From NCBI GenBank assembly GCA_965214705.1, contig OZ243972.1:3936001-4000000 (forward strand): a stretch of DNA of 64,000 nucleotides, given 5' to 3'. Source of the DNA: Alphaproteobacteria bacterium. GTDB taxonomy: Bacteria; Pseudomonadota; Alphaproteobacteria; UBA828. Below, piece by piece: positions 41,663-52,143 of this stretch. The position numbers were made by a program, and so were the translations under genes. The first letter of the stretch is position 1; every line of letters starts with the position of its first letter. The notes below the pieces were generated by a model. That model searched no databases and was not told where the DNA came from. It worked only from the letters and a program-made list of their open reading frames with translations.

Positions 41663-43309
41663 CCCGGATTTCTCACGAGTATGGTGTGCATCGGGGCTCT
41701 GCTCGTGAGAAAGTTCTTCTGCAACAAAGACTTCACCGGCTGCAGAGGAGTTCCCCGATGCCCGCAGAGTGTAGTCCTCCCGCGATGCAGTTTGCACGCC
41801 TGAACGGGCGTGATGTGGTGGCCGACTTCGGCGGCGGGGTGATGACCTCGGACGCGGGCGCCCTGCTGCTGGGCGCCACGGACCGGGCGATCGGACTGGT
41901 GGATTGCTTCGCCGCCTGCTTCTCGGACGGGCGCGCGGCCTCTCGTGTGGTGCACGACGTTGCCACCCTGGTGGGCCAGCGGGTGTTCGGGATCGCGCTG
42001 GGCTACGAGGACTTGATCGACCACGACGCGCTGCGCCACGACCCCGTGCTGGGGGTGGTGCTGGGGCGTCTGGAGGCCGGGCGTGCGGGCTGTGCGCCGC
42101 TTGCCGGCAAGTCGACGCTGAACCGGCTGGAGCACGCGCCTTCGGGCGCCCATCGCTATCGCCGGATCGGTCATGAGCCTGAGGCGATCGAGACGCTCTT
42201 CGTCGATCTCTTCCTCGACGCCCACGGGCAGGCCCCTGAGCGGTTGATCCTCGACCTCGACGCCACCGACGACCCGCTGCACGGCCATCAGGAAGGCCGC
42301 TTCTTCCACGGCTACTACGACTGCTACTGCTACCTGCCGCTCTACGTCTTCTGCGGCGATCACCTGCTGGCCGCCAAGCTGAGGCGGGCCGACATCGACG
42401 CCAGCGCCGGCGCGGCCGAAGAGGTGGCGCGCATCGTCGCGCGCATCCGCGCCCGCTGGCCGGCAGTGGAGATCGTGCTGCGCGCAGACTCAGGCTTCGC
42501 CCGCGAGGGACTGATGGCCTGGTGCGAGGCGAACGGGGTGGACTATGTCTTCGGGCTCGCCCGGAACCCGCGGCTCACGGACCGCCTGCAACCGGCCCTG
42601 GACCTGGCCGAAGCCCGCTCGCGGGAGAGCGGCCAGCCGGCGCGGCTGTTCACCGAGTTCCGCTACCGCACGTGCAAGACTTGGTCGCGCCCGCGCCGTG
42701 TCGTCGGCAAGGCGGAGTGGATGCCGGGCCGCGCCAACCCCCGCTTCGTCGTCACCTCGCTGAGCGCGGCCGCCATCGACCGGCGGGAACTCTACGAGAC
42801 CCTCTACTGCGCCCGCGGCGACATGGAGAACCGCATCAAGGAGTGCCAGCTCGACCTCTTCGCCGACCGCACCTCGGCTCAGACCATGCGCGCCAACCAG
42901 CTCCGTCTCTGGTTCGCCGCCATGGCCTACGTGCTGCTCGCAGCGCTCAGGCGCATCGCGCTCGCCGGAACTCGCCTTGCCCGCGCTACCTGCGGCTCGA
43001 TCCGCCTCAAGCTGCTGAAGATCGGCGCCCAGGTCCGCCTGAGTACCCGCCGCATCCGCATCGCCATGGCCTCAGGCGCACCCCACGCGCCCGAGTTCGC
43101 ACGCGCTCACGCCCGATTATGCACCTGAGCCGAGCCTCAGGCCCGCTGCCACCCTCCCGCCAACAACCAAAAACCCGCTCCAGCCTCAACCGCGCCCCCG
43201 GCGCCACCGCCACTCCTGCGTCATTACCCGGACCACACCGCAAGGCTACCAACCAAACCCACGACAAACGCCAAACAACCCAACAATGGACGCTCGTGAG
43301 AAATCCGGG
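41663..43309 (+). mobile_element. IS1380 family element
   Basis: 17-bp IR CCCGGATTTCTCACGAG, CTAG on both sides. Confidence 0.94.
41758..43128 (+). CDS. IS1380 transposase
   Basis: TSDAG, GYEDL.DH, LDLDATDD, RADSGF, YCARGDMENRIKE. Confidence 0.94.
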   Translation: MPAECSPPAMQFARLNGRDVVADFGGGVMTSDAGALLLGATDRAIGLVDCFAACFSDGRAASRVVHDVATLVGQRVFGIALGYEDLIDHDALRHDPVLGVVLGRLEAGRAGCAPLAGKSTLNRLEHAPSGAHRYRRIGHEPEAIETLFVDLFLDAHGQAPERLILDLDATDDPLHGHQEGRFFHGYYDCYCYLPLYVFCGDHLLAAKLRRADIDASAGAAEEVARIVARIRARWPAVEIVLRADSGFAREGLMAWCEANGVDYVFGLARNPRLTDRLQPALDLAEARSRESGQPARLFTEFRYRTCKTWSRPRRVVGKAEWMPGRANPRFVVTSLSAAAIDRRELYETLYCARGDMENRIKECQLDLFADRTSAQTMRANQLRLWFAAMAYVLLAALRRIALAGTRLARATCGSIRLKLLKIGAQVRLSTRRIRIAMASGAPHAPEFARAHARLCT

Positions 43310-43313
43310 CTAG

Positions 43314-44630
43314 CAGGCTGCTGAAGAACCCGCCATTTGCGGCTGCTTAGGTGGGTTGGGTCGGTTTGTTCGGGTTATTGGTGGTGCGGTTTGAGGTTCA
43401 CAGCCCGCTGGCGGCGGCGCTGGGAGTGTCTTGCACGGCAGGTGGGCATCAGGTCGCGGCCTCGGCCATGAGTTTGAGCAGCCGGACCAGGTTGTAGGCG
43501 GCGGCGGTCAGGGTGAACATCCAGCCCACCCGGTCGATCCCGCGATGGTGGGTCTTGGCCAGCCCACCGGTGGTCTTGATCCAGCCGAAGCCCTCCTCGA
43601 CGCGTTTGCGCAGCCGCTGGCTCACGGCGTAGCCGGGATGTGGCGGGTGGTGCGCCGGTCGATCCGGGTCTTTCGCCGCTTGCCGGTCTTGGTCGCGTGG
43701 TCGTCGACGGTGATGTGGGGAGTGACGGTGAGGCTGCGCAAGGCGCCCACGAAGTCGGCCACGTCGTAGGCCTCGTCGGCACCCAGCGTGGTCCGCCGCC
43801 CCTTTCTCCGACGCCCCACCATGGCCAGCGCCGCGTCGCGCTCGGCGGTGCCGCTGGCCTCGGTCAACGCGGCGTCGACGATGAGCGCGTTGCCGTTTTC
43901 CATCAAGAGATGGCCCCATGAAGCAGAGCCGGCTCGACTGGCCCTGGCCCTTGCGATAAAGCCGGGCATCGGCGTCGGTCGACGACGCATGCGTCGCATT
44001 GGAGCGGCGCTCGCCGCGGAAGTCGCGTTCGGCGTTGCGCCCGGCGCGCCATCGTCGCCTCCCTCCCTGGGGCAGAAGCTCTTCATCGACGCCCAGGCTT
44101 CGATCAGCGTGCCGTCGACCGAGAAGTGCTCCTCCGACAAGAGCCGGCGAACCCGCTCCCCTTGCAGCACCGCCTGAAGGAAGCGCGCCGCCACATCACC
44201 CACCACCAGGCGGTCGCGGTTCTTCGAGTACACCGTCGCGTCCCACACCCGCTCGTCCATCGACAGCCCGACGAACCAGCGGAACAGCAGGTTGTAGTCC
44301 AGCTGCTCCATCAGCTGGCGCTCCGAACGGATGGTGTAGAACGCCCGCAGCAGAAGCGCCCGCAACAGCTTCTCCGGCGCGATCGAGGGCGGGCCCGTCT
44401 TCGAATAGAGCCGCTCGAAGTCCGGCGACAGGACCAAAAGCGCCTCGTCCACCAGCGCCCGGATCGACCGCAAGGGATGATCCGGCGGAACCCGCGCCTC
44501 CAGATCTACATAGCTGAACAGACTGCCACTGTGCTCGCCCGTGCCCCGCATGACACGCTCCACCCGATTCGCTACCCAATCAGCGAATCACGCCAATCCC
44601 AGCAACGACAAGGAGTTTTTCAGCAGCCTG
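43314..44630 (-). mobile_element. IS5 family element
   Basis: IR CAGGCTGCTGAA, CTAG on both sides. Confidence 0.93.
43449..44551 (-). pseudogene. IS5 transposase with about three frameshifts
   Basis: SERQLMEQL, FSVDGTL, GAD.AYD, RKRVEEGFGW spread over different frames. Confidence 0.85.
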
Positions 44631-45794
44631 CTAGTGCAGGGTGCGCAACAGCTCGTGGAGGGCGGCCTTGCGCTCGAAGCCGGCGCCGGGCGCGTCGCCG
44701 AGGCGGACCCGGCCGTCCTCGACCGGGGTGTCGTCGGCGAAGCCGCCGAAGGGCTGGAACACGCCGGGATAGGATTCGCAGCCGCCGAGGGAGAGGCCGC
44801 CGGCGACGGAGAGCGCCAGCAGGTTGCCGCCGTGGGGCAGGAAGCGGCGCGGCGACCAGCCTTCCTCCGCCATCATGGCCACGATGTCGATGGTCTCGCC
44901 CACGCCATAGGCGAGCGCCGGGTCGAACTGGACGTAGTCGATCTCGGGCCGCATCCCGCCGAAGCGGAGCAGGTTGCGCGCGTCCTGCAGCGAGAGCAGG
45001 TTCTCGCCGGTCGCGATGGGGTCGGGGTAGGTCGCCACCACCGCCGCGTTGAGCGAGAAATCGAGGGGGTCGCCCGGCTCCTCGTACCAGGCGAGGCCGT
45101 AGGGAACGAGGGCGCCAGCGTAGCGGCGCGCGGTCCGCTCATCGAAGCGGCCGTTGGCATCCACCGCGAGCCGTGAGCCGTCGCCGCCGAGCAGCGCGAG
45201 CACCGCCTCGATCCGGTCGCGGTCCTCGTCGAGGGTGGCGCCGCCGATCTTCATCTTGACCTGGGTGTAGCCCTCGTCGAGATAGCGCCGCATCTCGGTG
45301 ACGAGGCCATCGGTCCCCTTGTCCGGATCGTAGTAGCCGCCGGCGGCGTAGACCGGGATGTGCCGCTCCGGCGACGGGTTGCCGGCGTCTTCGGCGATCA
45401 GCGCCCAGAGCGGCATGTCGCGGATCTTGGCGGCTGCGTCCCAGACCGCGATGTCGATTGCTGCCACCGCGACCGCGCGCTCGCCGTGGCCGCCGGGTTT
45501 TTCGTTCCGCATCATCAGGCGGCGGACGGCGCGGGGATCGAGCGTGGAGCCGTCGGCGCTCGCGTGTTCCTCCGGCGCTTCGAGCACGCGTGGCGCAAGC
45601 CGCTCACGGATCACGGCGCTCTGGGCATAGCGGCCGTTGGCGTTGAAGCCGAAGCCGACGACCGGCTTACCGTCGCGCACCACGTCGGTGACGACCGCAA
45701 CCGCGCTCACGGTCATCTTGCTGAAGTCGATGACGGCATTCCGCATCGGCGCGCCCATGGGCACGGCAATGTCCCGAATCTCGACGATCCTCAT
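44631..45794 (-). CDS. Mandelate racemase/enolase superfamily (D-tartrate dehydratase-like)
   Basis: KPGGHGER, KMKIGG, AVDANG, WYEEP, ATGEN, PHGG. Confidence 0.9.
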   Translation of the reverse strand: MRIVEIRDIAVPMGAPMRNAVIDFSKMTVSAVAVVTDVVRDGKPVVGFGFNANGRYAQSAVIRERLAPRVLEAPEEHASADGSTLDPRAVRRLMMRNEKPGGHGERAVAVAAIDIAVWDAAAKIRDMPLWALIAEDAGNPSPERHIPVYAAGGYYDPDKGTDGLVTEMRRYLDEGYTQVKMKIGGATLDEDRDRIEAVLALLGGDGSRLAVDANGRFDERTARRYAGALVPYGLAWYEEPGDPLDFSLNAAVVATYPDPIATGENLLSLQDARNLLRFGGMRPEIDYVQFDPALAYGVGETIDIVAMMAEEGWSPRRFLPHGGNLLALSVAGGLSLGGCESYPGVFQPFGGFADDTPVEDGRVRLGDAPGAGFERKAALHELLRTLH

Positions 45795-46780
45795 GGCGGT
45801 CCGCCGGGTGCCAGTGAGTCCGCTGTGCAGAGCGCGGCGATGCGGCGGCGTTCGGCTTGCGCTTCGGCAACCGAGACCTGGCGGAAGCGGTAGGTCTCGT
45901 TGGGGCGCGATTGGCCGAGCTTCCACCAGGCGCAGGTGGGCACCGTGTAGGGGTTGATGAAGCCGCCCAGCGTCAGCGTGTCCACCATCAGGATGATGGG
46001 CGTCTGGCCGCAGAGGTTGATGGCGCCGATGGGGTAGCCGTGGTCGATCACGTTGGAGGGATGCTCGCCGTTCTCCGGCGCCTTGTTGGTCGCCTTCTCG
46101 GTGAAGGTCCACTCCGGCCCTTCGAGCCGGAAGCCGACGCGGTTGCTCTTGGGCGAGAGCCTCCAGTCGCTCTCAAGGAAGCGCCGCTTGCCGGCTTCGT
46201 CGATCCAGTCGTCGTTGGGGCCGGCCACCACCTCGATCTCCCAGGCGCCGCCGGCGGGGGCAGGGGGGCGCGTGCCCTCCTTCAGCCTGCGGCCGGGCGC
46301 GGCGTTGTCAGGTGACCCGAGCGGGATGCTCTGCCCTTCCTTCAGAGCGGCTCCCTCGAGGCCGCCGCAGGCGCCGATGACGAAGGTCGCACGGGAGTCG
46401 AGGAAGAGAGGCACGTCGATGCCGCCAGTGAAGGCGATGTAGGTGCGGGCGCCGGTGACGGCGGATGCCAACGCGAGCGTCTGGCCGGCGCGCACGCCGA
46501 TGCTCTGCCAGAGCGGCACGGGCTCTCCGTCCAGGGTCGCCTTCATGTCGGCGCCGGTGAGCGCGATCACGGCGTCGCGCTCGAAACGGAGCGTCGGGCC
46601 GATGAAGGCGCATTCCAGCGCCGCCGCGCCCGGCGCGTTGCCGACCAGGACGTTGGCGAGGCGGAAGGACCAGTGGTCGATGGGGCCCGAGGGCGGAAAG
46701 CCCATGCCGAAGGCGCCCTTGCGGCCTGGATAGTCCTGCACCGTGGTCTCGAGCCCGCCCTTGATAACCGTGACCGCCAT
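45791..46780 (-). CDS. PxpC/urea-carboxylase carboxyltransferase A/B-domain protein (copy 2)
   Basis: TTVQDYPGR, PSGP.D, LANVLVGN, SNRVGFRL. Confidence 0.9.
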   Translation of the reverse strand: MAVTVIKGGLETTVQDYPGRKGAFGMGFPPSGPIDHWSFRLANVLVGNAPGAAALECAFIGPTLRFERDAVIALTGADMKATLDGEPVPLWQSIGVRAGQTLALASAVTGARTYIAFTGGIDVPLFLDSRATFVIGACGGLEGAALKEGQSIPLGSPDNAAPGRRLKEGTRPPAPAGGAWEIEVVAGPNDDWIDEAGKRRFLESDWRLSPKSNRVGFRLEGPEWTFTEKATNKAPENGEHPSNVIDHGYPIGAINLCGQTPIILMVDTLTLGGFINPYTVPTCAWWKLGQSRPNETYRFRQVSVAEAQAERRRIAALCTADSLAPGGPP

Positions 46781-46811
46781 GACATGTGCTCCCGCGCGCG
46801 TTCCGCGCGAC

Positions 46812-47681
46812 TCAGAACCGCTCGCTCGGGTCGAGGGAGGTGACCCAATCTTTGTAGGCCCGGACCGAGAAGCGCTGGTAGCCGGTGACGTTGAAGGCGT
46901 AGGTGCCCTCTGCCACGCGGCGCTCGATGTACTCGAACTCCTCCAGCTCGACGGGCACGAACTTCACCCGGTCGGCGGCGTCGAGCAGCACCACGCGGTC
47001 GCGGTAGGCGGGAAGACTGGCCTGCGTGTCCCAGAGCGGGACCGGGGTGCGGCCGATCAGGTTGTAGCCGCCGGGCCCCGGCGTCGTGTAGATCGAGGTG
47101 GAGAGGCCGCCGACGCCGATGGCGCCCAAGGTGGTCCAGGTGCGGGGCGGGTTGTACTTGGGCGAGGTGATGGCGCAGCGCGGGTCGAGCGCCACCATCA
47201 ACGGCAGGCCCGGCGTCGAGCAGACGGCGACCACCCAGTGCTCGGTGCCGGAATGGACGCGGGCAAGCTGCGCCGCATCCTCCAGCCCGTTGATGCGGGC
47301 CACGAACTCCGGGTCGCCGTCGCGGGGCGCGATGCGCTGGGCGTAGTCCTCGACGCAGGCCTTGGTCCAGGGGTCGCGGTACATCACCGGCAGGTAGGCG
47401 AGGCGGCTCTCAAGCTCCAGGTCTTCGACCGAGCCGAGGCCCTCGATCAGGCGGCGAAGCTCATGCGCGAGGTCGTCCGCGCCGATCAGGTCGGGGTCGT
47501 ACTCCACCACCACGGAGTTGTAGGAGGGGTTGGTGTCGATGACGCCCTTGGTGCGGTCCTCGCGCAACGCGGCGGTGAGGCCGAGGGCCATGAAGTTGAG
47601 GTCGATGCGCGCGTCGTCGCCGAACTGCACCAGCACGAAGGTATCGCCGCCGGGCAGGAAGCGCGGCTCGTCGTAGATCAC
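46812..47681 (-). CDS. PxpB/carboxyltransferase C/D-domain protein (copy 2)
   Basis: GGD, KYNPPRTWT, PGGYNLIGRTP. Confidence 0.88.
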   Translation of the reverse strand: MIYDEPRFLPGGDTFVLVQFGDDARIDLNFMALGLTAALREDRTKGVIDTNPSYNSVVVEYDPDLIGADDLAHELRRLIEGLGSVEDLELESRLAYLPVMYRDPWTKACVEDYAQRIAPRDGDPEFVARINGLEDAAQLARVHSGTEHWVVAVCSTPGLPLMVALDPRCAITSPKYNPPRTWTTLGAIGVGGLSTSIYTTPGPGGYNLIGRTPVPLWDTQASLPAYRDRVVLLDAADRVKFVPVELEEFEYIERRVAEGTYAFNVTGYQRFSVRAYKDWVTSLDPSERF

Positions 47682-48661
47682 CCGGCGTTCTCCAGGCTCG
47701 ACTCGGTGCAGAGCGCGTCGATGGCGCGGCGTGCGGCCTGCGCCTCGGTCACCGAGACGAGGTGGAAGCGATAGGTGTCGTTGGGCTTCGACTGGGCCAG
47801 CTTCCAGAACGCCGCCGACGGCACCGTGTAGGGGTTGATGAAGCCTCCGGCGGACGGACCGTCGTTCACCAGGATAATCGGTGTCTGGCCGCAGAGGTTC
47901 ACCGCGCCCACGGGATAGCCGTGGTCGAGGATGTTGGAAGGATGCTCGCCGTGCTCCGGTCCCTTATCGGTGGCGCGGGCGGCGAAGGTCCATTCCGGGC
48001 CGGAGAGGCGATAGCCGGTGCGGTTGCTGCGGGCCTGGAGGGTCCAGTCGCTCTCCAGGAACATGCGCTGGCCTGCTTCGTCGATCCAGTCGTCGTTGGG
48101 GCCGGCGACGACCTCGATCTGCCAGCTGTTCTCCTCCGGGATGGGCGGGCGGCAATCGTCCTTCACGTGCCGGCCGGAATGGCCGTTGTCGCCGCCTGCG
48201 CCGAGAGGCAAGTGCTGGCCGTCCTCGATGGCGTGACCCTCCATCCCGCCGACGCCGGCCATGTGAAAGGTGGAGCGCGAGCCCAGCACCGGCGCCGTCT
48301 CGATGCCGCCGGCGACAGCGAGGTAGGCGCGGGCGCCGATGCGCGCGAAGCCGGTCTCCAGCACCCCACCGGCGGGGACGGCGACGCTCTCCCACTGGGG
48401 TATCGGCGCGCCGTCGAGTTTGGGCGCCATGGTGGCGCCGGTGAGGGCGATCACGGTGTCGCTCGCGAAGCGGAGCGTCGGGCCGAGGAACTGGATCTCC
48501 AGCCCCGCCACGTCCGGCGCATTGCCGACCAGCAGGTTGGCGAGGCGGAAGGACCACATGTCGAAGGGGCCTGAGGGCGGGAAGCCCTGCTCCCAGAAGC
48601 CGTAGCGGCCGGGAAAGTCCTGCACGCTGGTCTCCAACCCGGCCTTGACCACCTCGATCAT
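47678..48661 (-). CDS. PxpC-like protein (copy 1)
   Basis: TSVQDFPGR, LANLLVGN, SNRTGYRL, DGPSAGGF. Confidence 0.9.
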   Translation of the reverse strand: MIEVVKAGLETSVQDFPGRYGFWEQGFPPSGPFDMWSFRLANLLVGNAPDVAGLEIQFLGPTLRFASDTVIALTGATMAPKLDGAPIPQWESVAVPAGGVLETGFARIGARAYLAVAGGIETAPVLGSRSTFHMAGVGGMEGHAIEDGQHLPLGAGGDNGHSGRHVKDDCRPPIPEENSWQIEVVAGPNDDWIDEAGQRMFLESDWTLQARSNRTGYRLSGPEWTFAARATDKGPEHGEHPSNILDHGYPVGAVNLCGQTPIILVNDGPSAGGFINPYTVPSAAFWKLAQSKPNDTYRFHLVSVTEAQAARRAIDALCTESSLENAG

Positions 48662-48753
48662 GGTTGCCCCCCAAGTTGCTCGGCTTGCAACATGGCTTGC
48701 GAACTGTGGAAAAAGCAGGGTGAGACTTTTCGATCACCGAGAGTACGGTCGAG

Positions 48754-48872
48754 CGCCCCCTCCTCACCCCGGCCCTCTCCTCCCCGTGGGGGAGGAGAGG
48801 GGGATTCGACGGAGCCGCCTGCATTCCCCCTCCGCCCTTGGGGGAAGGGGGACAGGGGGAGGTGGGGAGGGG
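48754..48872. repeat. Pair of REP-like GC palindromes
   Basis: CCTCACCCCGGCCCTCTCCTCCCC..GGGGAGGAGAGGG followed by a related inverted unit. Confidence 0.55.
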
Positions 48873-48881
48873 CGGGTCGCA

Positions 48882-49751
48882 TCAAAACCGCACGCTCATG
48901 TCGAGGGTTGCGAGCCAGGCGTGATAGGCCCGGATCGAGAACTTGGCGTAGGCCGCAACCTGGTGCTCGTACTCGCCGCTCTTCACCTGGGCCTCGACAT
49001 GGTCGTATTCCTCCCGGCCCACGGGCACGAAGCGCACCCGGTCGCCGGGCTTGAGCAGGGCGAGGCGGTCGCGGAAGGCGCGGAGCCGCTGCTCCAGGTC
49101 GACCACCGGCACCGGCGAGTGGCCGATGATCTGGTAGCCGCCCGGCGTGCGGGCCGGATAGAGGCAGGTGACCGAGCCGCCGTAGCCGAGCGTGCCTTTC
49201 GGAGTCCAGGTGCGTGGCGGGTTGTACTTCGGTGCCGTGAGGCGGCAGCGCGGGTCCAGCGCGATGAGCGAGGCGAGGCCCGGATAGAAGCCCAATGCCG
49301 CCACCCAATACTCGGTGCCCGAATGGATGCGGGCGAGCTGCGCGCGGCTCTCCAGCTTGTTGAGCCGCACCATGAGGTCGGGGTCGTACTCCTTCTCGAC
49401 GATGCGGGCGCAGTAGTCCTCCCAACAGGCGCGGGTGACGTGATCGAAGTAGAGCACGGGGAAGGTGTAGAGCGGGCTCGGCAACTCCACGTCCTCCAGC
49501 GAGCCGAGAGAGGCGAAGATACCGCCGATTTCGCGCACAACGTCGTCATAGCCGATCCGGTCCGGATCGTAGCTGATGACGATGGAGGCCATGTTGGGCA
49601 GCAGCTCGATGATGCCGTCGAAGTCGGCCTCGCGGACTCGCGCGGTCAGCGCGTGGACCAGGAAGTTGAGGTCGAAATTGAGTTCGTCCCCCAACTCCAT
49701 CTCGATGAAGCGGTCGCCGCCCGGCGTGAATCGCGGCTCGTCGTAGATCAT
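48882..49751 (-). CDS. PxpB-like protein (copy 1)
   Basis: GGDR, LGFYPG, KYNPPRTWTP, TPGGYQIIG. Confidence 0.88.
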   Translation of the reverse strand: MIYDEPRFTPGGDRFIEMELGDELNFDLNFLVHALTARVREADFDGIIELLPNMASIVISYDPDRIGYDDVVREIGGIFASLGSLEDVELPSPLYTFPVLYFDHVTRACWEDYCARIVEKEYDPDLMVRLNKLESRAQLARIHSGTEYWVAALGFYPGLASLIALDPRCRLTAPKYNPPRTWTPKGTLGYGGSVTCLYPARTPGGYQIIGHSPVPVVDLEQRLRAFRDRLALLKPGDRVRFVPVGREEYDHVEAQVKSGEYEHQVAAYAKFSIRAYHAWLATLDMSVRF

Positions 49752-49913
49752 CGTGCGCGCCGGCCTCCGCCGCGTGTTCCACCCGGCAGACGCGCCGGTG
49801 CGTTGGGTTCTAGCGCGATCGGCGGGGCGGAGCCAAGCGCGGCGCCTCTCCCGCCCGGATCGCCGGCTCTGCTATAACGGGCCTGGCACGCCGGAGCGGG
49901 CAGGGGGGACGCC

Positions 49914-52109
49914 ATGCCGACAATGGAACCGTTGATCTCCGAGACTCCGTGGCATCGCCTCGTCGCCGACGAGGACGACTGGCGGAGCGAGGACCCGCAG
50001 GTCCTGGCCTATCTGCTCGAGCAACTCTTGCTCATCCGCCGCTTCGAGGAGCGCATCCTCGAGCTCTTCAAGGCGGGCTGCGTGCACGGGCCGGCGCACG
50101 CGAGCATCGGCCAGGAGGGCGGCGCGGTCGGGGCCATGTCGACGTTGACCGACGTTGACAAGATCAACGCGACGCACCGGGCGCATCATCAGTTCCTCGC
50201 CAAGTTCCTGAACCACGCGGCGCCGTCGGACTACGACCCGCGCGAGGACGACTGGCCCGAGGGGATGCAGGAGGTCGTGCACCGCTCGATGGCCGAGATC
50301 ATGGGCCTCTCGCCCGGCTATTGCGGCGGGCGCGGCGGCTCGATGCACATGCGCTGGGACGAGGCCGGCGTGCTCGGCACCAACGCGATCGTCGGCGGCA
50401 ACCCGCCGCAAGCGGTGGGCTATGCGCTGGCGGAGAAGCTGAAGCGGAGCGGCAATCTGACCGTCACCTTCTTCGGCGACGGCGCGATGCAGAACGGCGC
50501 GGCTTACGAGTCGCTCAACATGGCCGCGCTCTACGACCTGCCCATCATCTTCTTCGTCGAGAACAACCTCTACGGCGTCTCCACCCATGTCTCCGAGACC
50601 ACGCGGGAGACGCGGCTCAGCGCGCGGGGGCAGGGGCTCGCGGTGCCCTCGGTCGAGGTCGACGGCATGGACGTGATGGCGGTGCGCAAGGCGATGCAGT
50701 GGGCGCGCGGCCAGATCGAAGCCGACACGGGGCCGGCGCTGGTCGAATCGCTGACCTACCGGTACTTCCACCAGCACGGGCCGATGAAGGGCAGCGCCTT
50801 CGGCTATCGCGACAAGGACGAGGAGGAGGCCTGGCACGCCCGCGACCCGGTGACGACCATGCCGAAGCGGCTGATCGAGGCCGGCGTCATGGACGAGGCC
50901 GGAATCGCGGCCCTGGAAGAGCGCGCCCGCACGGCCGTGGAGAGCGCCGCCAAGGCGCTGACCGAGACCGAGCCCGGCTCCAATCTCCTCCGCGTCGTGC
51001 CGGCGCTCTGGCCCGACACGGTGGAGATCGACATCGGCATCCGCGGCGACCTCTCGGAACTCGACGGCGTGCCGCGCATGGAGCCCGAGGACGTGGACCC
51101 CAACGCGGCGCAGGAGATGACCTACATCGAATCCATCGCCGCCGCGCAGTTCCACGCGATGGAGCGGGACGAGAGCGTGATCGTGCTGGGCGAGGACGTG
51201 CACCGGCTCAAGGGCGGCACGGTAGGCGCCACCAAGGGGATCGGCGAGGCGTACCCCGAGCGCCTGATCGGGACGCCCATCGCGGAGAATGGGTTCTGCG
51301 GCATGGGGCTGGGCGCGGCGGTCAACGGGCTGCGCCCCATCGTCGAGATCATGTACGCGGACTTCTGCCTGGTCGCGGCCGACCAGCTCTTCAACCAGGC
51401 CGCCAAGGTGCGCCACATGTTCGGCGGCGGCCACGACGCGCCGCTGATCCTGCGCGCCCGCGTGGCGGCAGGCGGGGGCTACGGCTCGCAGCATTCGATG
51501 GACCCGTCGGGCGTCTTCGCGCTCTGGCCCGGCTGGCGCATCATCGCGCCGACCACGCCGTTCGACTACGTGGGGCTCTTCAACAGCGCGGTGCGCTGCA
51601 ACGACCCGGTGGCGATTATCGAGTGCCAGGCGCTCTATCAGGGGAAGGGCCTGGTGCCGGAGGACCTCGACTACTGCATCCCCTTCGGCAAGGCGCGTAT
51701 CGTGCGCCCGGGCAGCGCGTGCACGGTGGTGACCTGCGCCAATATGGTGCCGGTGAGCGTCGCCGCCGCAGACGCTTCGGGCATCGACGCCGAGGTGATC
51801 GATCTGCGCACGCTCGATCCGCTCGGCATGGACTGGGAGACCATCGGGGCCAGCGTGCAGCGCACGAACCGGCTGCTCATCGTCGAGCAGACCGCGCGCG
51901 GGCCCTCGCTCGGCGCGCGCATCGCCCAGGAGGCGCAGGAGCGGCTGTTCGACTGGCTCGACCACGAGATCCTGCGGGTCTCCGGCTCGCAGGCGGCGCC
52001 GGTGGTCTCCAAGGTGCTGGAGACGGCAGCGCTCGCGCAGGAAGACGACGTGATCGCGGGCCTTCGCGCTGTGACCGAGGTGGCGCCACTGCCGGACGCG
52101 GCGGAGTAG
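49914..52109 (+). CDS. Fused E1 alpha/beta 2-oxoacid (acetoin/pyruvate-type) dehydrogenase
   Basis: GRGGSMH, GDGA..N TPP motif, GEDV, TPIAE, GSQHS, IDLRTL. Confidence 0.93.
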   Translation: MPTMEPLISETPWHRLVADEDDWRSEDPQVLAYLLEQLLLIRRFEERILELFKAGCVHGPAHASIGQEGGAVGAMSTLTDVDKINATHRAHHQFLAKFLNHAAPSDYDPREDDWPEGMQEVVHRSMAEIMGLSPGYCGGRGGSMHMRWDEAGVLGTNAIVGGNPPQAVGYALAEKLKRSGNLTVTFFGDGAMQNGAAYESLNMAALYDLPIIFFVENNLYGVSTHVSETTRETRLSARGQGLAVPSVEVDGMDVMAVRKAMQWARGQIEADTGPALVESLTYRYFHQHGPMKGSAFGYRDKDEEEAWHARDPVTTMPKRLIEAGVMDEAGIAALEERARTAVESAAKALTETEPGSNLLRVVPALWPDTVEIDIGIRGDLSELDGVPRMEPEDVDPNAAQEMTYIESIAAAQFHAMERDESVIVLGEDVHRLKGGTVGATKGIGEAYPERLIGTPIAENGFCGMGLGAAVNGLRPIVEIMYADFCLVAADQLFNQAAKVRHMFGGGHDAPLILRARVAAGGGYGSQHSMDPSGVFALWPGWRIIAPTTPFDYVGLFNSAVRCNDPVAIIECQALYQGKGLVPEDLDYCIPFGKARIVRPGSACTVVTCANMVPVSVAAADASGIDAEVIDLRTLDPLGMDWETIGASVQRTNRLLIVEQTARGPSLGARIAQEAQERLFDWLDHEILRVSGSQAAPVVSKVLETAALAQEDDVIAGLRAVTEVAPLPDAAE

Positions 52110-52143
52110 GCAGAGGACAGTAAGGCCACCCCACCCTGTCCCC

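Noticed and set aside
43449-44551. Programmed frameshifting in the IS5 transposase
   Set aside because: Several scattered indels in short G-runs or a CA repeat fit decay or sequencing error better than recoding.
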